A stretch of DNA of 64,000 bases from Octopus sinensis (taxonomy: Eukaryota). The DNA is taken from NCBI RefSeq assembly GCF_006345805.1, contig NC_043025.1, forward strand, positions 992,001 to 1,056,000. The letters run 5' to 3'. Of the stretch, positions 1 through 13,449 are shown piece by piece (position 1 is the first letter of the stretch; every line of letters begins with the position of its first letter). A program made the position numbers and the translations under genes. The notes beneath the pieces are model-generated. The model saw only the letters and a list, made by a program, of their open reading frames with translations, had not been told where the DNA came from and did no database searches.

Positions 1-454
1 GCATGGTAATTTCTTATAAGAAGTTAATACTCATCAGCAATGCTCACTCCATACGGCTGGTGGAGGTTAACTCCCGTCTGTCAATATCATTGAGAATGAC
101 ATAAAAATGAGTGATTGATTTCACAAAATAGCAATGTGAAGATTATAAAATATTGAAGGTAGCTAACACACATTTTAAAACCAACCAGGTAATTATATAT
201 ATAAAATGTATATAAAAACTTATACACGGAGGGAAGACCACCATGTGGATTTTCTTACATGCTAAAGAGGGCAAGCCACGGTACTGGACGAATATGTTCT
301 TAACACCAACTTTTAGTCACCCGCTTGTAGTTTAGCCTTCTTCACTAATTCTGTTCTCAACCATACTGAATGCGGTTATTTTACCTATGATGATCCAATC
401 CTAAGCTATATTTGAATATAAAATAATTGAAACAAAACAATTAATCTCTTTAAG

Positions 455-540
455 TGTTCAAAGTCAACTTGCCGGCGCAATATATCCCCAAGTTTTGAAC
501 AAATTCCAGGCATTGCTCAACATGAATTTGCTTGATGAAA
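455..540 (+). CDS. Shortened third SEA-module exon of an upstream paralog (VQSQLAGAIYPQVLNKFQALLNMNLLDE)
   Basis: ttaag| acceptor, |gtaagt donor, phase 2 to 1, open frame. The 3' part is homologous to exon 27219-27372. Confidence 0.55.
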
Positions 541-1418
541 GTAAGTATCGTGTTTCTTCATTTTTCTAACACCCTTACCGTCATAATTAGCTTCATCAAT
601 CACCATACCATCCTCTTCGTCGTTGTCGTCATCATCAACCACAACGGATGATATCTTAGGACACCCACGCGTGCACGCAAGCGCACAGACTCCCTCCCTC
701 TCTCTCATACATACAACTATTCATTTACATTTTTTCAAAGCTTGGATAATTTCAATAAATCAGCATTTTATTTTGCGCTTTTCCGTTTCTTGTCCCTACG
801 GAACTGATTGTCCAACCGAGGGCAAAAATGTTTTCTTCTTATTTTGTATAGAAGTAGAAGATGCAGACTCTACTGGGCAGAATAATTCACACAATTCCAG
901 TACTTTCTTTAATTCACTCAGGAAAATTATTCAATGTTGCAAATAATTTTCCTCGGTGAAAATTCAGTTTGTTCGAAGTGATCATATTAATTTTTGAATT
1001 ATGATCGATAGATACACACACAACTCATACGCTTTAACTCATCTCTAAGAGATATAAAAGAGGAGTAAATCACATCCCATTGCCGAACAATGATACAATT
1101 TTTTTCACTTCGTTTCCATTCATTTCATTTTACCACTGCCAAATCAATATAATGTCTATCTATTTCCGGCATAAAAGAGGTTTATGCGCATCCGGTCAGT
1201 ATGTCTAAGTAGTGGTCAATATTGAGGAAATGCAACAATGGAGGCCGCGAAACAGACAGAAGCATTTTTACTAGTCAAATCCCGTAACAAATTATATATT
1301 GCTCGGGAAAATGTAAAAATATATATACATATACACATACATATTTCGGGATGGTCATTTTATTTATTATTTAAAAAAATATAAATCAATAAATATATGC
1401 GTGCATATATATATTGTG

Positions 1419-1640
1419 TGCCCAGGTAGAGTATACGGGGTTCTCTACGTACAACAGTGTTCGGGCAAACAGATCACATTGGCATAATTTGAAGAATGCT
1501 GTCAAAGTAGTTTCTCATGGATTCAGATCTACGTTTCGAGCATTGTCTTCTGTGAAATATACACGCTGGCCATTTTCAAGATGTACAGATAGATTTTAGG
1601 AAAGTGTTCCTACATGTAAACAGGATGTGACATTTGTGTT
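1419..1640 (-). mobile_element. Helitron Rep/helicase fragment
   Basis: Minus-strand translation NLSVHLENGQRVYFTEDNARNVDLNP*ETTLTAFFKLCQCDLFARTLLYVENPVYSTW matches the conserved Helitron segment (VHLENGQRVYFT...TTLTAFF.LC..D.FARTLLY); one in-frame stop. Confidence 0.9.
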
Positions 1641-1947
1641 GACAGTGTATTTGTCTAAAAGCAGAACCGTTCTTCCATCAGCGCTTGCCAATTGGCTGAA
1701 GTAACATGAAAGGCATCGTCATTCATGGTATATTCGTGAATAAGTCACAAACTGAAATACGTTGATCTATTGTTTAGGGAAATATTATTTACTTGTTTAA
1801 GGGTTGTACTGGATACATAGCGAAAACAGCTCTAACAGTTTAAATAGTAAGAAATAAACATATATATATATATATACAAATTCATACTATCCGGTAATTA
1901 ATGTGCTTAAACTTTTATATTTTATGTTTTTTTCATTATGTTTCCAG

Positions 1948-2000
1948 GTTCAAGTACTGGTAATGGAACAGAGGATAGAACAGCAGAAACAAACTTTTGA
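1948..2000 (+). CDS. Putative short terminal exon ((S)SSTGNGTEDRTAETNF*)
   Basis: Polypyrimidine tract + tttccag| acceptor; phase 1 joins in frame to exon 455-540; ends in TGA. Identical coding sequence at 42650-42702. Confidence 0.45.
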
Positions 2001-2060
2001 GTGAAAATTGAAAAAGAGCCTCCAAGAATCGTCTTTGATGATATTTTATGCTATAAAACG

Positions 2061-2346
2061 ATATTTTCTGCATATATAATACAAAATAAAATTTTCCCCA
2101 TATATAATATGAAATAATATTTTGTTAATATATAATATAAAATTATATTTTCTCCATATATAATATGAAATAATATTTTCTCCATATATAATATGAAATA
2201 ATATTTTCTGCATATATAATACAAAATAAAATTTTCTCCATATATAATATGAAATAATATTTTCTCTATGTATACTATAAAATTATATTTTCTCCATATA
2301 TAATATTAAATAATATTTTCTCCATATATAATATAAAATATTTTTC
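2061..2346 (+). repeat. 28-bp minisatellite (attttctccatatataatatgaaataat), about 10 units
   Basis: Tandem imperfect units read directly; about 8 units in the other copy at 42763-42990. Confidence 0.9.
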
Positions 2347-4609
2347 TTTGTAACGACACTATAATTGTACCTTTCAATACAACACTATGCATGCAAGAGA
2401 CTGTATAATCCACCATGATGTAATTTAAACGAGTTTCAGGGCCTCACTATGGCTTGAAACAGAAAATATTGCATGATTTGAAATTATATTGATATTCTAT
2501 CTTCTTGCCAATTTAATGTTATCAATGTAAGCTTTAGAATTGTTAAATAAAGGATTAAATCTGATCTGTTGCTACCGTTCGTTTTCTAGATGAAATACTG
2601 TAATCCCGCAGACTAAGATCAAATACCACCGGAAGAGGCATTGATTCCATTTGTTATTTTAAACATTCCACTAAAATGTTAAAACTTGCAAAATGTATCA
2701 TGTTGATTAGATTTACGATCATTTATCTAATTAGTATTATCAGGTCATTCAACTGTCATTGTTCAAGTAATCAACATTTCACAAACAGCTACATTCCAAT
2801 CAAAGCACCGGACGTAGATTCGTCTTCTTCACGTTCATGTCTACTTTCACTCCATCAATGTTACACTAACACGAGACTGCGCACGCCTCAATGTCTTCAT
2901 TGAAGTAGTTTCTTAGTTATATTCTCTACATGATATTCAGGCCCATTAGGCCGCAGTCTCTCTCGGTATCCAACAAATTCCAACACCCGGGGATAGAAGA
3001 CACCCCACTAAAAGAGATGCCAGTCTGTTGCAAGTTTAACCCTGGTTGTTGCTGGTATTTTCTTCTCAGATGACTGCCTGGAAGTTTTTTCTCGTGGACA
3101 GAACGCACCGAACCAATAGTCCATGTGTCTATTTCTGTGTGTGTGTACGTGTATGTGTGTGTGTGTGTGCATGCTTGTGTATGTATGTATGTGTGTGCTT
3201 TTTAGCCCCTTCTGTTTTCCGGATCATTTGTCGCTCTCTTCAGCCAGCCGGAACACCGCTACCGCCCCTTCTTTATATGCTCTGCTTGTTGCTGTTAAAT
3301 GATATGTAGCCGTGTATCATAACAGCTCTGTCATTTCTACTGCTTATTATATGACCTGTGGTTTTAGATGTCTTGGTACATCGACTGAACTAAGGAATTA
3401 TCTTTTACTTTCCTTCTAATTAGATGGTCGCACCATTTCACTCTCTTCTATCTGACTACTTCAGTTCTGGTTTATTTCATGTGAATAACGTTTCTTATAC
3501 AAATTACGCCAGTCTCACTATAATATCTCTTTAGTTTTAAACACATTTTAATAGCCTCTTACTTATGTGTTTCTAGACCCTGATTAGAGAAACAAAAATG
3601 TGCAACCTATCAATGCAACCCTGGCTGATGTCCTACAAGCTCCAGATCCTGTTTCTTAAATCTCTCAAATGCTATACATGCTAGCGTGACCTGTCTTTTC
3701 TAACCTGTGTGTCTAGTGCGACGGGTACTACACAGCTCTCTTTGACATTTCAACATAAGAACCATTCAGTGTGATTATTTCCTTTGCGTTGTGTAATTAA
3801 TCTGTATATAATGCTATTCATTTTCATAGCCCATTTTCCCCCATATTTCGTCTGAGACCATCAATATTAGGTTTGCTTCCCAACCGCATAATTCCGTTTT
3901 TATTTTCGGTCTCATCGTGTGACATGGCACTTTGGGCAATTTCCACCATACTGAGAGAAAAGTACTAGGGTAATTCGTTCGACGACTAAAACTTATTCCA
4001 GGGCCCTCCACCTCCTCCAGCATGGCTGCAGTCTCATGACTGAAATAAGGAAAAAGTTTTAAAATATATATTTCCTCACTTCGTTATTATCTGTGAACAC
4101 ATATTTTCTCTATTCTCCTTTCAGTGAAGAAACACATCTGTCTCCATGACATTTCTCCTTCACTCACTCTCTATCTCTTTGCTACTTCTCTCTCTCTCCT
4201 CTCTCTTATAGCTTTGCCTCTCCCATACACTTTCCTCATCAGTCCATGCTTCTCTCTCTCTCATATCATATGTTGCTTCCCTGCGCGTGGAGAATTAATC
4301 CAGCAAAGACGTTCAACATTTTTATAATTGTTTTTCATCTCCGCTGTTTCGTTTAACATATTTTCTCTCTTCATTGTGAACCACAAACATAATCATTCTT
4401 AATTATTTTTCACACCATAACTTACTTCTCCTTGATCTGTTTCTCTCTGCCTTTCGGTCCTGATATGGCCCCTCCTCCATACCGTTGCCCACAAATTCCA
4501 TAGGTTCTACAACGATGAGCCCCCAATATACTACAAGCACTATGGCGAACAATCTCATTATGAATCTAACTCTGCGCAGGATCACAATGTTCAAAAACAC
4601 ATCTACAGA

Positions 4610-4790
4610 CATCTACACATCTGTGCCTTGCCTCAATATACAACACTTAACCTATATTGGGTGCTTGTCACACGTAGTTGCAGTACTTACAATCTTGTGA
4701 AAATATGACATACAACAGACAATTTGTAATACGTCCAGGCTGACAAGCAAGCTTTAATACGTGACTGCACGAAGATGTTGAATCCTATAC
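4610..4790 (+). pseudogene. Possible decayed three-finger (LU-like) exon
   Basis: VTRSCSTYNL then, after a shift, CENMTYNRQ resembles TERSCSTYRKCVEAMRNN of exon 22761-22944; RSCSTY is kept through synonymous codons. Frameshifted; same sequence at ~45270-45450. Confidence 0.3.
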
Positions 4791-5929
4791 AAACACAACA
4801 TATAAATGGAACTAGTAGATTATACCGTAATGGTTAGCACAAGGTTTATCGAAGATCAATTCTGGATTAGTTACATCCACATCTTGGCTATGGGCTCCAA
4901 GAAGGAAGTGCTGTTCCCTCGCATATTCCACTATAATGCCTAGACGAATAGTAAAATTCTAACCAATAGCAATATTCTGAACTTATGGACGTGATAGATG
5001 TGTAGCGACCAATTTGTATTATTGTATATTTGGAAACATTAAGTTAGTTTCTGAAAGCTCACCACGCTTCTCTGTTGAGAATGGTTAAAATAACTATCAT
5101 AAAAGTCATTGGACACTTATTGAACCCTGTGTTGTGATTAGCTGAGTGTTGCGCGGGCGCTGGATCGAAGGTCTAATAACGTTACGCGTTATATATTTCT
5201 GGAACCTCATTTCTTTTCATAAATTGGTGCCATAAATTATTTACGAGTCAGAGAGGTGAGAGTCATTCATCGAGGCGAAGTATGCGGATTCTGCCGTTTT
5301 CAGCATTAATTTGCTTACTCCATCTAATTTTTGAGAGCGGTCGAGTTCACTTTTAGTATTCTCGTTTGTGAGAGCAGTCGAGTTTATTTCAGATATTCTC
5401 ATTCTAAAAATCATCTCTGGCTCATCGTTGAGAGGATGTTGGTATTGTCTCGGCGGAGGTTTGCACCTTTTAAGTGCTCTACAGATTATTGTTGTTGTTG
5501 TTGTTGCTGCTGCTGATGATGATGATGATATACAAGGAATTCGGTAAACTGAAAATATCATTTCAGTCACCTATTCGATTGATTTATTTACAGAGTAATT
5601 CAGTTAACTGAAAGTACCTTTTCAGTTATCCATTCGGATGTTTAATTTAAAGAGTTTACAGGTTTATCCGTGATCCATCCTTGCCTCATTCGTTACTGTT
5701 GTGGAAGGATTCCGACAACTCCCATATGATTAAAAGTGAATTGTCACAACATTTGCTATGAATAAAGAACTGTCGAGTTATCAGCAGTTCGCTGTGAGCC
5801 GTGTAACCTCGTATAACAGGAAGCCTCGTGCGTTCGTGTAAATACTTCGTTAAATTATTTATCAAACATACAAGGATATAAAAGTTACTTATAAAGGAAA
5901 TATACTTACACCATACCTCACGTTTTTGA

Positions 5930-7040
5930 CAGTATCCGCGGAAGGAAGAGACTTGTGGATGACATGAATTACATATTATGAAGCACAGAAACAAAACGCT
6001 GATGAATCTAAGACTTACAGGAAATTCGAAATTATGTCCTGTAACGCTCGAGTGCACATTAGGATACATGATGAAGATCATACCATAATTCAGCACATTG
6101 GTGAAGATCCTCATTGTTCATGTGCTTCAAAATCCATGCATCATATTCAGGTGGGGTTATTCAGTGTTCCGCAGTTGTTTGCATTACCCCCACCCAAAAA
6201 TAAACTTACAGCCGCCTTTTTTATAAGCTAAATGAATTACTCCAAAGACTGAGCCCTGAAGATTTAATGAGGGATTTTGAAAAAGCTCGTATTAATAGCA
6301 TTGTATCTGTTTCCTACTACTTCCATCTCATGCTGTCTTTTTCATCTATCACAAAATATATACAGAAAACATGTGAATTTGGCTTGAAGGACAGATACCA
6401 TCGTTATAATGAGTTTAGCATTAAAATCAGAGGTTTTTAAGCATTGCTAATTCTTCGTCTCGATGATGAGATTGACGGAGTCGAAAATCTTGTAGATGAC
6501 GATGATTTTCTGCAATAACTTGTGACCTACTTTAGATTATCGTACCTATGATAAGTGTGAAGTAAAGGAATGAGACCACGAAGGACTTCTCCCTAGTTTC
6601 CCATTGTCGAACATCTTGTAGATGACGATGACCCTCCTGCTAGAACTTGTGACCTACTTTGGATTATCGTACCTAAGAAGAGTGAAAAGTAAAGGAATCA
6701 GACTACAAAGGACTTCTCCCTAGTTTCCTATTGGTAGTTGGAATGTCCGCTTTAAAACAGAATCGGATATGCCTCGCACTAATAACCTTTTAGAGGGATT
6801 CACAAACGCCCTACAAATTTCCTTAATTTGTTCACATCCGAATATATGGAGATAATTACTGCATTGAGAAGGGAAGAACACTTGGCACAGCTGAGACAGG
6901 TTGAATTCGATGGAGGTGGGATCTGCGAGACCAAACAAAAATAAAAGAAAGGATATAAGCAAACGGATAAGTATTGAGCGACATAGTCCCGAAAATAGGA
7001 TGGATTTTATATGAGCAATAGCCCCTAACCTTCATTTTTA
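5930..7040 (+). mobile_element. MULE (Mutator-like) transposase relic with FLYWCH-like N-terminus
   Basis: Pieces across frames: SIRGRKRLVDDMNY / YYEAQKQNADESKTYRKFEIMSCNARVHIR..H; HIQVGLFSVPQLFAL; DFEKA; CCLFHLSQNIYRK; WNVRFKTESDMPRTNNLLEGF; SHPNIW; LRREEHLAQ; RMDFI*AIAPNL. Many stops and shifts. Confidence 0.9.
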
Positions 7041-7599
7041 TTGAAACTTTTAGTAATAATTTTAGGTTTTACTCGACTTTTTATTTCATCCTTATTCAAC
7101 GTTTTATTTTTTCTAAATCGGGAGTGAAATGAAATGACTGGTAGTCAAATTACCGGAGTCAAAATACCGTTGTGAAGTTATCAGGATTCAAATTACCTGT
7201 CGCCAATTCAGTCGATGTCTGAGGGATACGGGTTCGAGTGCAACTTTTTTCCATCTCATAAGGGTACCCAGTCTTTCTCTGCTATCTCTACAGCTTTACT
7301 GGGTTTGAAATGTCCTTCCTTATCTGCAAGGTATCGCGTTTAAAATGGTTAAGTATGTTATCATTTATTTATGCAGAAGAGATAACATTACATGACAGAG
7401 AGTAGCTTTAATGGAAGAAAAACATTCGCAAAATATATAAATTCCTACGTCTCTTATTAAGAGAGACTAATGAGTGTTTCTCTCGATGCCACAGGGAATG
7501 TTAACCATCTTCTAAATTTATGTCCCAGATTCCAGATACAGTTTTGAAGAATCACATGAATACTTTGATCACCTATAAACAAAAAGAAACTTGTTACTA

Positions 7600-7860
7600 T
7601 GGATTGCTTCTTAACGTAATTGGAGACCTCCGCTTCAATGAAGAAGCAGGCTGAAGCAAGCACTGACCAAATGCTATAGAAAGATAAAGCTTTAGCAAAC
7701 CAAAAGAGAAGCGAGCATATTTACTACGTTTGTGTGCAATAAGGGGTCTCATGATAACAAACACTGTGTCCGGAAAAGAATGTCTGCAAGCTAAATCAAT
7801 ATATATATTATTCTTCAATTCATTACTTTGAACAACGATCGTCAAGTTTGCTTTGGCAAT
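7600..7860 (-). mobile_element. Possible inverted Penelope-like fragment
   Basis: Minus-strand IVVQSNELKNN...RPLIAHKRSK resembles the RT-to-GIY-YIG linker in the adjacent + strand PLE (IIIQSNELEDII...ALSKRQSKDLKHL). Confidence 0.35.
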
Positions 7861-7894
7861 TCTAAAGATATTTTGGTGTCACGAATTGTGTCAC

Positions 7895-8730
7895 CAAAAC
7901 AGATAAAATAACCTTTAAAGTTCAATACCTGAACTTCAAATTTTACTATCCAACATATACAAAACGCAATATCCCATACAACCTAGCCGAGAAAATGTGT
8001 ACGTTTGTGGAGGATGTGAGAATCAGAGACAAAAGCCTAACAAAACTAAAAGAATCTCTACCCAAGCAAAAATATCCCTCTCTACTCATAGAAAATGGTG
8101 TACAGCTTGATATAGAAATACCCATACAAGAACTTAGGGCCACCCGAGGAAGAGGAAAACGAGAACAGATCATACCAGTTGTAGTGGCACACAACCCATG
8201 TTACCGGAATACCTTAAGCATTGCAAATCAAACTTGCCGATCATTATTCAAAGTAATGAATTAGAAGATATAATCACGGATGGAGTAATGGCTCTAAGTA
8301 AAAGACAGTCGAAAGACTTGAAACATTTAATAAGGCAAAGTGTGATCTTAGCAACAATACGAATCATTCATTGTGTCTAAGTACAATGATAATCGATGTG
8401 GGACATGTCAGTTCATACATATCGGTCAATATTGGAACAAAAAATAAACGGAAGAATATTTGCAAATGTAAATATGAACTGCAAAAGCAGAAATTTAATT
8501 TACTGCATCAAATGCCAGAATTCTGAAGAGATATACGTTGGCCAGACTTGGAATGCACTAGTGGAACGGTCACGTGTGCTCCAACAGTAAATAAGAGATC
8601 CTGATGTCGGCCAGATGATCCCTTTAACCGACCACTGGCAACTTGTGGTCTACACAACTGAAGACAAGGCGAGAGAAACGTTAGAGAGAAAAAATTTATT
8701 GATAAACTGAAACCATTTTTAAATGGGCAA
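7895..8730 (+). mobile_element. Penelope-like element relic (RT C-terminus + GIY-YIG endonuclease)
   Basis: QYLNF..YPTYTKRNIPYNLAEKMCTFVED (PLE RT thumb) and NCKSRNLIYCIKCQNSEEIYVGQT (GIY-YIG with zinc ligands); frameshifted. Confidence 0.9.
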
Positions 8731-8804
8731 AACTAATAATAGTTATAGTAACGGTGATGACTGGAATGATGATGATGATGATGATGATGATTATGATGAT
8801 GATG

Positions 8805-8869
<65 letters not shown>

Positions 8870-8870
<1 letters not shown>

Positions 8871-9394
8871 GCTCTCATGTTTCTGATCTTAACTGATTGG
8901 AAGTGTTATCATGTACATTGTTTTGTCTTGGTATAAAAGATGGGCTACAGCAAATATTCTGCTCAATAACCACAGATTTGCTTGTCATTGTTTGACTTAA
9001 CCAGTTGAGCATGTCCCTTCGTGGATGACAATATGTGCATCTCTGATCACGAGCAGAAGTAGTGGGGGAGCATCATAGCCATGTGTTGAGAGGGATTTTA
9101 ATGGGTTTGAATAGTTCACCTCTGGAAACATGGGTGGTCTTTCAACATCCTTAAACAACCCTTATTCAGGGACCGTTGGCGCGGATGGGCTACTCAATCT
9201 GAAGAAAAATTCTAATGGGCCCCACCTGCAAGGTCATGTGCTGTTATCTTGATATGAGATCACCATGTCGCGCACATATGGTTGTGATGCATGTGCCTGG
9301 TGTACCTTTATCAACGGGTAGTCATGATGGGTATATTGGGCTTCGTATATTTTACCCCAGTGTCACTTTGATGGCATGCACTGCTCTCTCACTC
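8870..9394 (+). mobile_element. Unclassified non-coding retroposon 'X', longest copy (~525 bp)
   Basis: Bounded by (AAT)n on both sides; 3' end 'gctctctcactc(aat)n' shared with two shorter copies at 13652 and 14035; no credible ORF. Confidence 0.75.
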
Positions 9395-9711
9395 AATAAT
9401 AATAATAATGATGATGATGATAATAATAATAAAAATGATGATGATGATGATGATAATAATAATAATAATAATGATGATGATAATAATAATAATAATAATG
9501 ATGATGATGATGATAATAATAATAAAAAACAATGATAATAATGGTAATGATAATAATAATAATAATAATGATAATAATAATAATAATAATATAATAAGAG
9601 TAAAATAATAATGATGATGATAATAATAATAATAATGATAATATATAATAATAATGATGATAATAATAATAATAACAATGATAATAATATAATATAATAA
9701 TAATAATAATG

Positions 9712-9745
<34 letters not shown>

Positions 9746-9904
9746 TAATAATGATAATAATAATGATGATAATAATAATAATAACAATGATAATAATAAA
9801 TAATAATAATAATAATAATAATAATGATAATAATAATAATAACAATAATGATAATAATAATGATAATATTAATAATAATAATAATAATGATAATAATAAT
9901 AATA

Positions 9905-9961
<57 letters not shown>

Positions 9962-9973
9962 TAATAATAATAA

Positions 9974-10260
9974 TTAACTGGTATGATTGTCTTAACTGGT
10001 AGATTGTCTTAACTGGTACATCACACGTATTGAGAAGAGCAGATTGTCTTAACTGGTACATCACACGTATTGAAAAGAGCATTGTCGATGTGAGAACTGT
10101 TGCTGCTCATGTATTTTAATTTAACTTAAAAAAAAAAAAATGAATGAACTACTGAGTTTGGTTTAATGGCCTACCAATATACACTATGAGTTTCATTGCC
10201 CTGGGAGTCGGGAAGACACTCGGCAAGAAATGGAAGAAAATTTGAAAGAAGAAAAAAAAG
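9974..10260 (+). mobile_element. 3' fragment of REL retrotransposon family 1 with reiterated 5' junction
   Basis: Matches the last codons and 3' UTR of 10553-12113; ends 'gaaaaaaaag(taa)n'. Confidence 0.9.
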
Positions 10261-10277
10261 TAATAATAATAATAATG

Positions 10278-10315
<38 letters not shown>

Positions 10316-10424
10316 TAATAATGATAATATTAATAATAATAATGATAATATTAATAATAATAATAATAATAATGATAATAATAATGATAATAATAATAAT
10401 AATGATGATGATGATAGTAATGAC

Positions 10425-10552
<128 letters not shown>

Positions 10553-12112
10553 TCAGTCGTGTTAGATGTTGACACAGTCATAAGAGAGCCTGAACAAGAG
10601 CAAACATACAAATATTTAGGGATAAGTGAAGGCTCTGGTATTCAGCATGCAAGCATGAAAGAGAAAATCAGGAAGGAATGTTATAGGAGAGTTCGTGCAG
10701 TCCTGAAATCTGAACTAAATGCACGTAACAAGGTGTTAGCTATAAATTCCTTAGCAGTTCAAGTTGTTACTTATAGCTACAATGTGTTGAACTGGAATAT
10801 GAGTGAAGTAAAGAATATAGATAGGAAAATACGCAAGCTGCTGAGTTGTAATAGGATGCACCACCCAAAGGCAGACGTAGATCGCCTTCACCTTCCCAGA
10901 GCCTAAGGAGGTCGAGGCCTGATCCAATTTGAACTAGCTTACAAAACAACCACAACTGGACTGGCCAAATATCTCGAAATAACGAATGACTGGATGCTAA
11001 AGCTCGTGGAAAATCACGAGAGACGAAAGAAGCTTCATTCTATCATAAAGGAACGCAAAAAATTTGCTATTGATCTCGAGCAGGATACCCAAACTGAACA
11101 ACCCGAGGGAAGTACGGCAGCTATTGTTGCAAAGAAGGTAAAAATAATGGCAACGAAAAAAGCGCACGAGCAATTGGCTGATAGGTGGGAGGAGAAACCT
11201 CTGCACGGCAAATATGTGGCCCGCAGCAAACAAGCTGATGTTGACCAGAAGCAAACCCATCAGTGGCTACGGAGCTCAGGGCTAAAAGCAGAGAGCGAAG
11301 GTTTCATCCTGGCTGCTCAAGATCAAAGCCTATTAACCCGGAACTACCAGGCCAATGTGATGAAAAATGGAGCAGACCCAAAAATGCCGATTCTGCAACG
11401 ACATGATTGAAACAGTGGACCACCTAATCTCTGAATGTAAAGTCTTAGCACCAGTGGAGTATAAATTAAGGCATGACAGAGTTGGACAATATCTCCACTG
11501 GCTAATAAGTCGGCATTACAATATCAAAAACTGCCGACAGTGGTATAATCACCACCCTGAGGCTGTAACTGAAGGAGAAAATGTAACCATTCTGTGGGAC
11601 TTTCCAGTACATACAGACCGAACCATCAAGGCCAATAAACCAGATATTGTTATGAAAGACCAAAACAATAAAGTTTGCTTATTGATCGACATGAGCATCC
11701 CCTGTGATCATAATATCTCGGCGAAAGAGTTTGACAAGCTCAGAAAATATAAAGACCTACTCATTGAAATTGAGAAAATGTGGCATCTCAAGGCGGTTAC
11801 AATACCAGTGATCGTAGGAGCACTAGGAATGATCAAGAAGGGAACCCAAAATTATATGAGAATGATCCCTGGCTTACCATCCCTGCAAGAAGTGCAAAAG
11901 ATTGTCTTAACTGGTACATCACACGTATTGAGAAGAGCATTGTCGATGTGAGAACTATTACTACCCATGTATTTTATTTAACTTTAAAAACATGAACGAA
12001 CTAGTGAGTTTAGTTTAATGGCCTACCAATGTATACTATGAGTTTCTCTGCCCTAGGAGTCGGGAAGACACTCGGGAAGAAATGGAAGCAAATTTGAAAG
12101 AAGGAAAAAAAA

Positions 12113-12113
<1 letters not shown>
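10553..12113 (+). mobile_element. 5'-truncated R4/Dong-like non-LTR retrotransposon, family 1
   Basis: RT C-terminus (YKYLG, RMHHPKADVDRL), WLRSSGLKAESEGFILAAQDQ, CCHC knuckle CRFCNDMIETVDHLISEC, REL motifs RHDRV / KPDIV / LIDMSIP / KYKDL; TAA repeats directly at both ends; stop and frameshift present. Confidence 0.9.
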
Positions 12114-12155
<42 letters not shown>

Positions 12156-12157
12156 TG

Positions 12158-12208
<51 letters not shown>

Positions 12209-12264
12209 TTAATAATAATGCTAATAATAATAATGATAATAATAATAATAATGATAATAATAAT

Positions 12265-12560
12265 AGGCCAGATATAGTAATTTAGTTATACAAGATCACC
12301 AAGTAAAAATGACCATGTTTCTCTAAAAGAAATGGCGAAACTGAAAGTACAAAGATCTGAAAATAGAAGTAACTCAAATTTGGAGCCTAAAAAATAAAAA
12401 CAGTCCCTATTATTGTAGGCACATTTGGTATGATAAAAAAAACCCCAAAAATAATTCAGACAAACACATAACAAAAACGCCAGGACTTGCAAGTATATAT
12501 GATATGCAGAGAATAGCACCACCAGGCACACAGAGTTGTGCTCAGTAGTGCAGTGAAAGG
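12265..12560 (+). mobile_element. Old, decayed 3' fragment related to REL family 2
   Basis: RPDIV...KYKDLKIEVTQIW...VPIIVG.FGMIKK remnants; 3' UTR 'ggcacacagag..gctc.gtagtg.agtgaaag' shared with 51761-53591. Confidence 0.8.
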
Positions 12561-12574
12561 AATAATAATCATTT

Positions 12575-12782
12575 CTTATAAGCACAAGGCCTGGAATTTG
12601 GGGGGAGAGAGTGTTTGTTGATTATATCAACCCCAGTGTTTCAATGATACTCAATATATTGACCCCAAAAGTATGTAAGGCAAAGTCAACCTCAGCAGAA
12701 TCTGAACTCAGAATGTAGCAAACGGGGAAATACTGCTAAGCATTTCATCCAGCATGCTAACAATCCTCCAGCTCACTGCCCC
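12575..12782 (-). mobile_element. tRNA-type SINE
   Basis: Minus strand gives the family core 'ttagca..ttctgagttca..ctttgcc..ggggt..aggccttgtg'; many copies in the window. Confidence 0.8.
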
Positions 12783-12807
12783 AATAATAATAATAATAAT
12801 AATAATG

Positions 12808-12850
<43 letters not shown>

Positions 12851-12937
12851 TGATAATAATAATAATAATAATGATGATAATAATAATAATAAAATAATAA
12901 TAATAATGATAATAATATAATAATGATAATAATAATG

Positions 12938-12973
<36 letters not shown>

Positions 12974-13021
12974 TGATAATAATAATAATAATAATAATGA
13001 TGTAATAATAATATAATAATG

Positions 13022-13058
<37 letters not shown>

Positions 13059-13087
13059 TGATAATAATAATAATAATAATAATGATA

Positions 13088-13120
<33 letters not shown>

Positions 13121-13125
13121 TGATA

Positions 13126-13158
<33 letters not shown>

Positions 13159-13175
13159 TAATAATAATAATAATG

Positions 13176-13236
<61 letters not shown>

Positions 13237-13409
13237 TAATAATAATAATAATAATAATAATATAATAATGATGATAATAATAATAATAATAATATAATAT
13301 AATGATAATAATAATAATAATGATAATAATAATAATAATAATAATGATGATAATAATAATAATAATAATGATAATAATAAAATAATAATAATAATATAAT
13401 AATGATGTG

Positions 13410-13449
<40 letters not shown>

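Noticed and set aside
2061-2346. Regular 28-bp repeats resembling a CRISPR array
   Set aside because: Head-to-tail units with no unique spacers, no cas genes, eukaryotic context.
4403-4700. LTYIGC (adhesion-GPCR TM1-like) on + and a hydrophobic ORF on -
   Set aside because: No GPS motif before it, a stop right after, no fitting splice sites, and the minus frame is broken in the duplicate (~45230).
5241-5570. 109-aa minus-strand ORF and a signal-like MRILPFSALICLL on +
   Set aside because: No recognisable motif; presence in both copies is uninformative because the duplication is recent.
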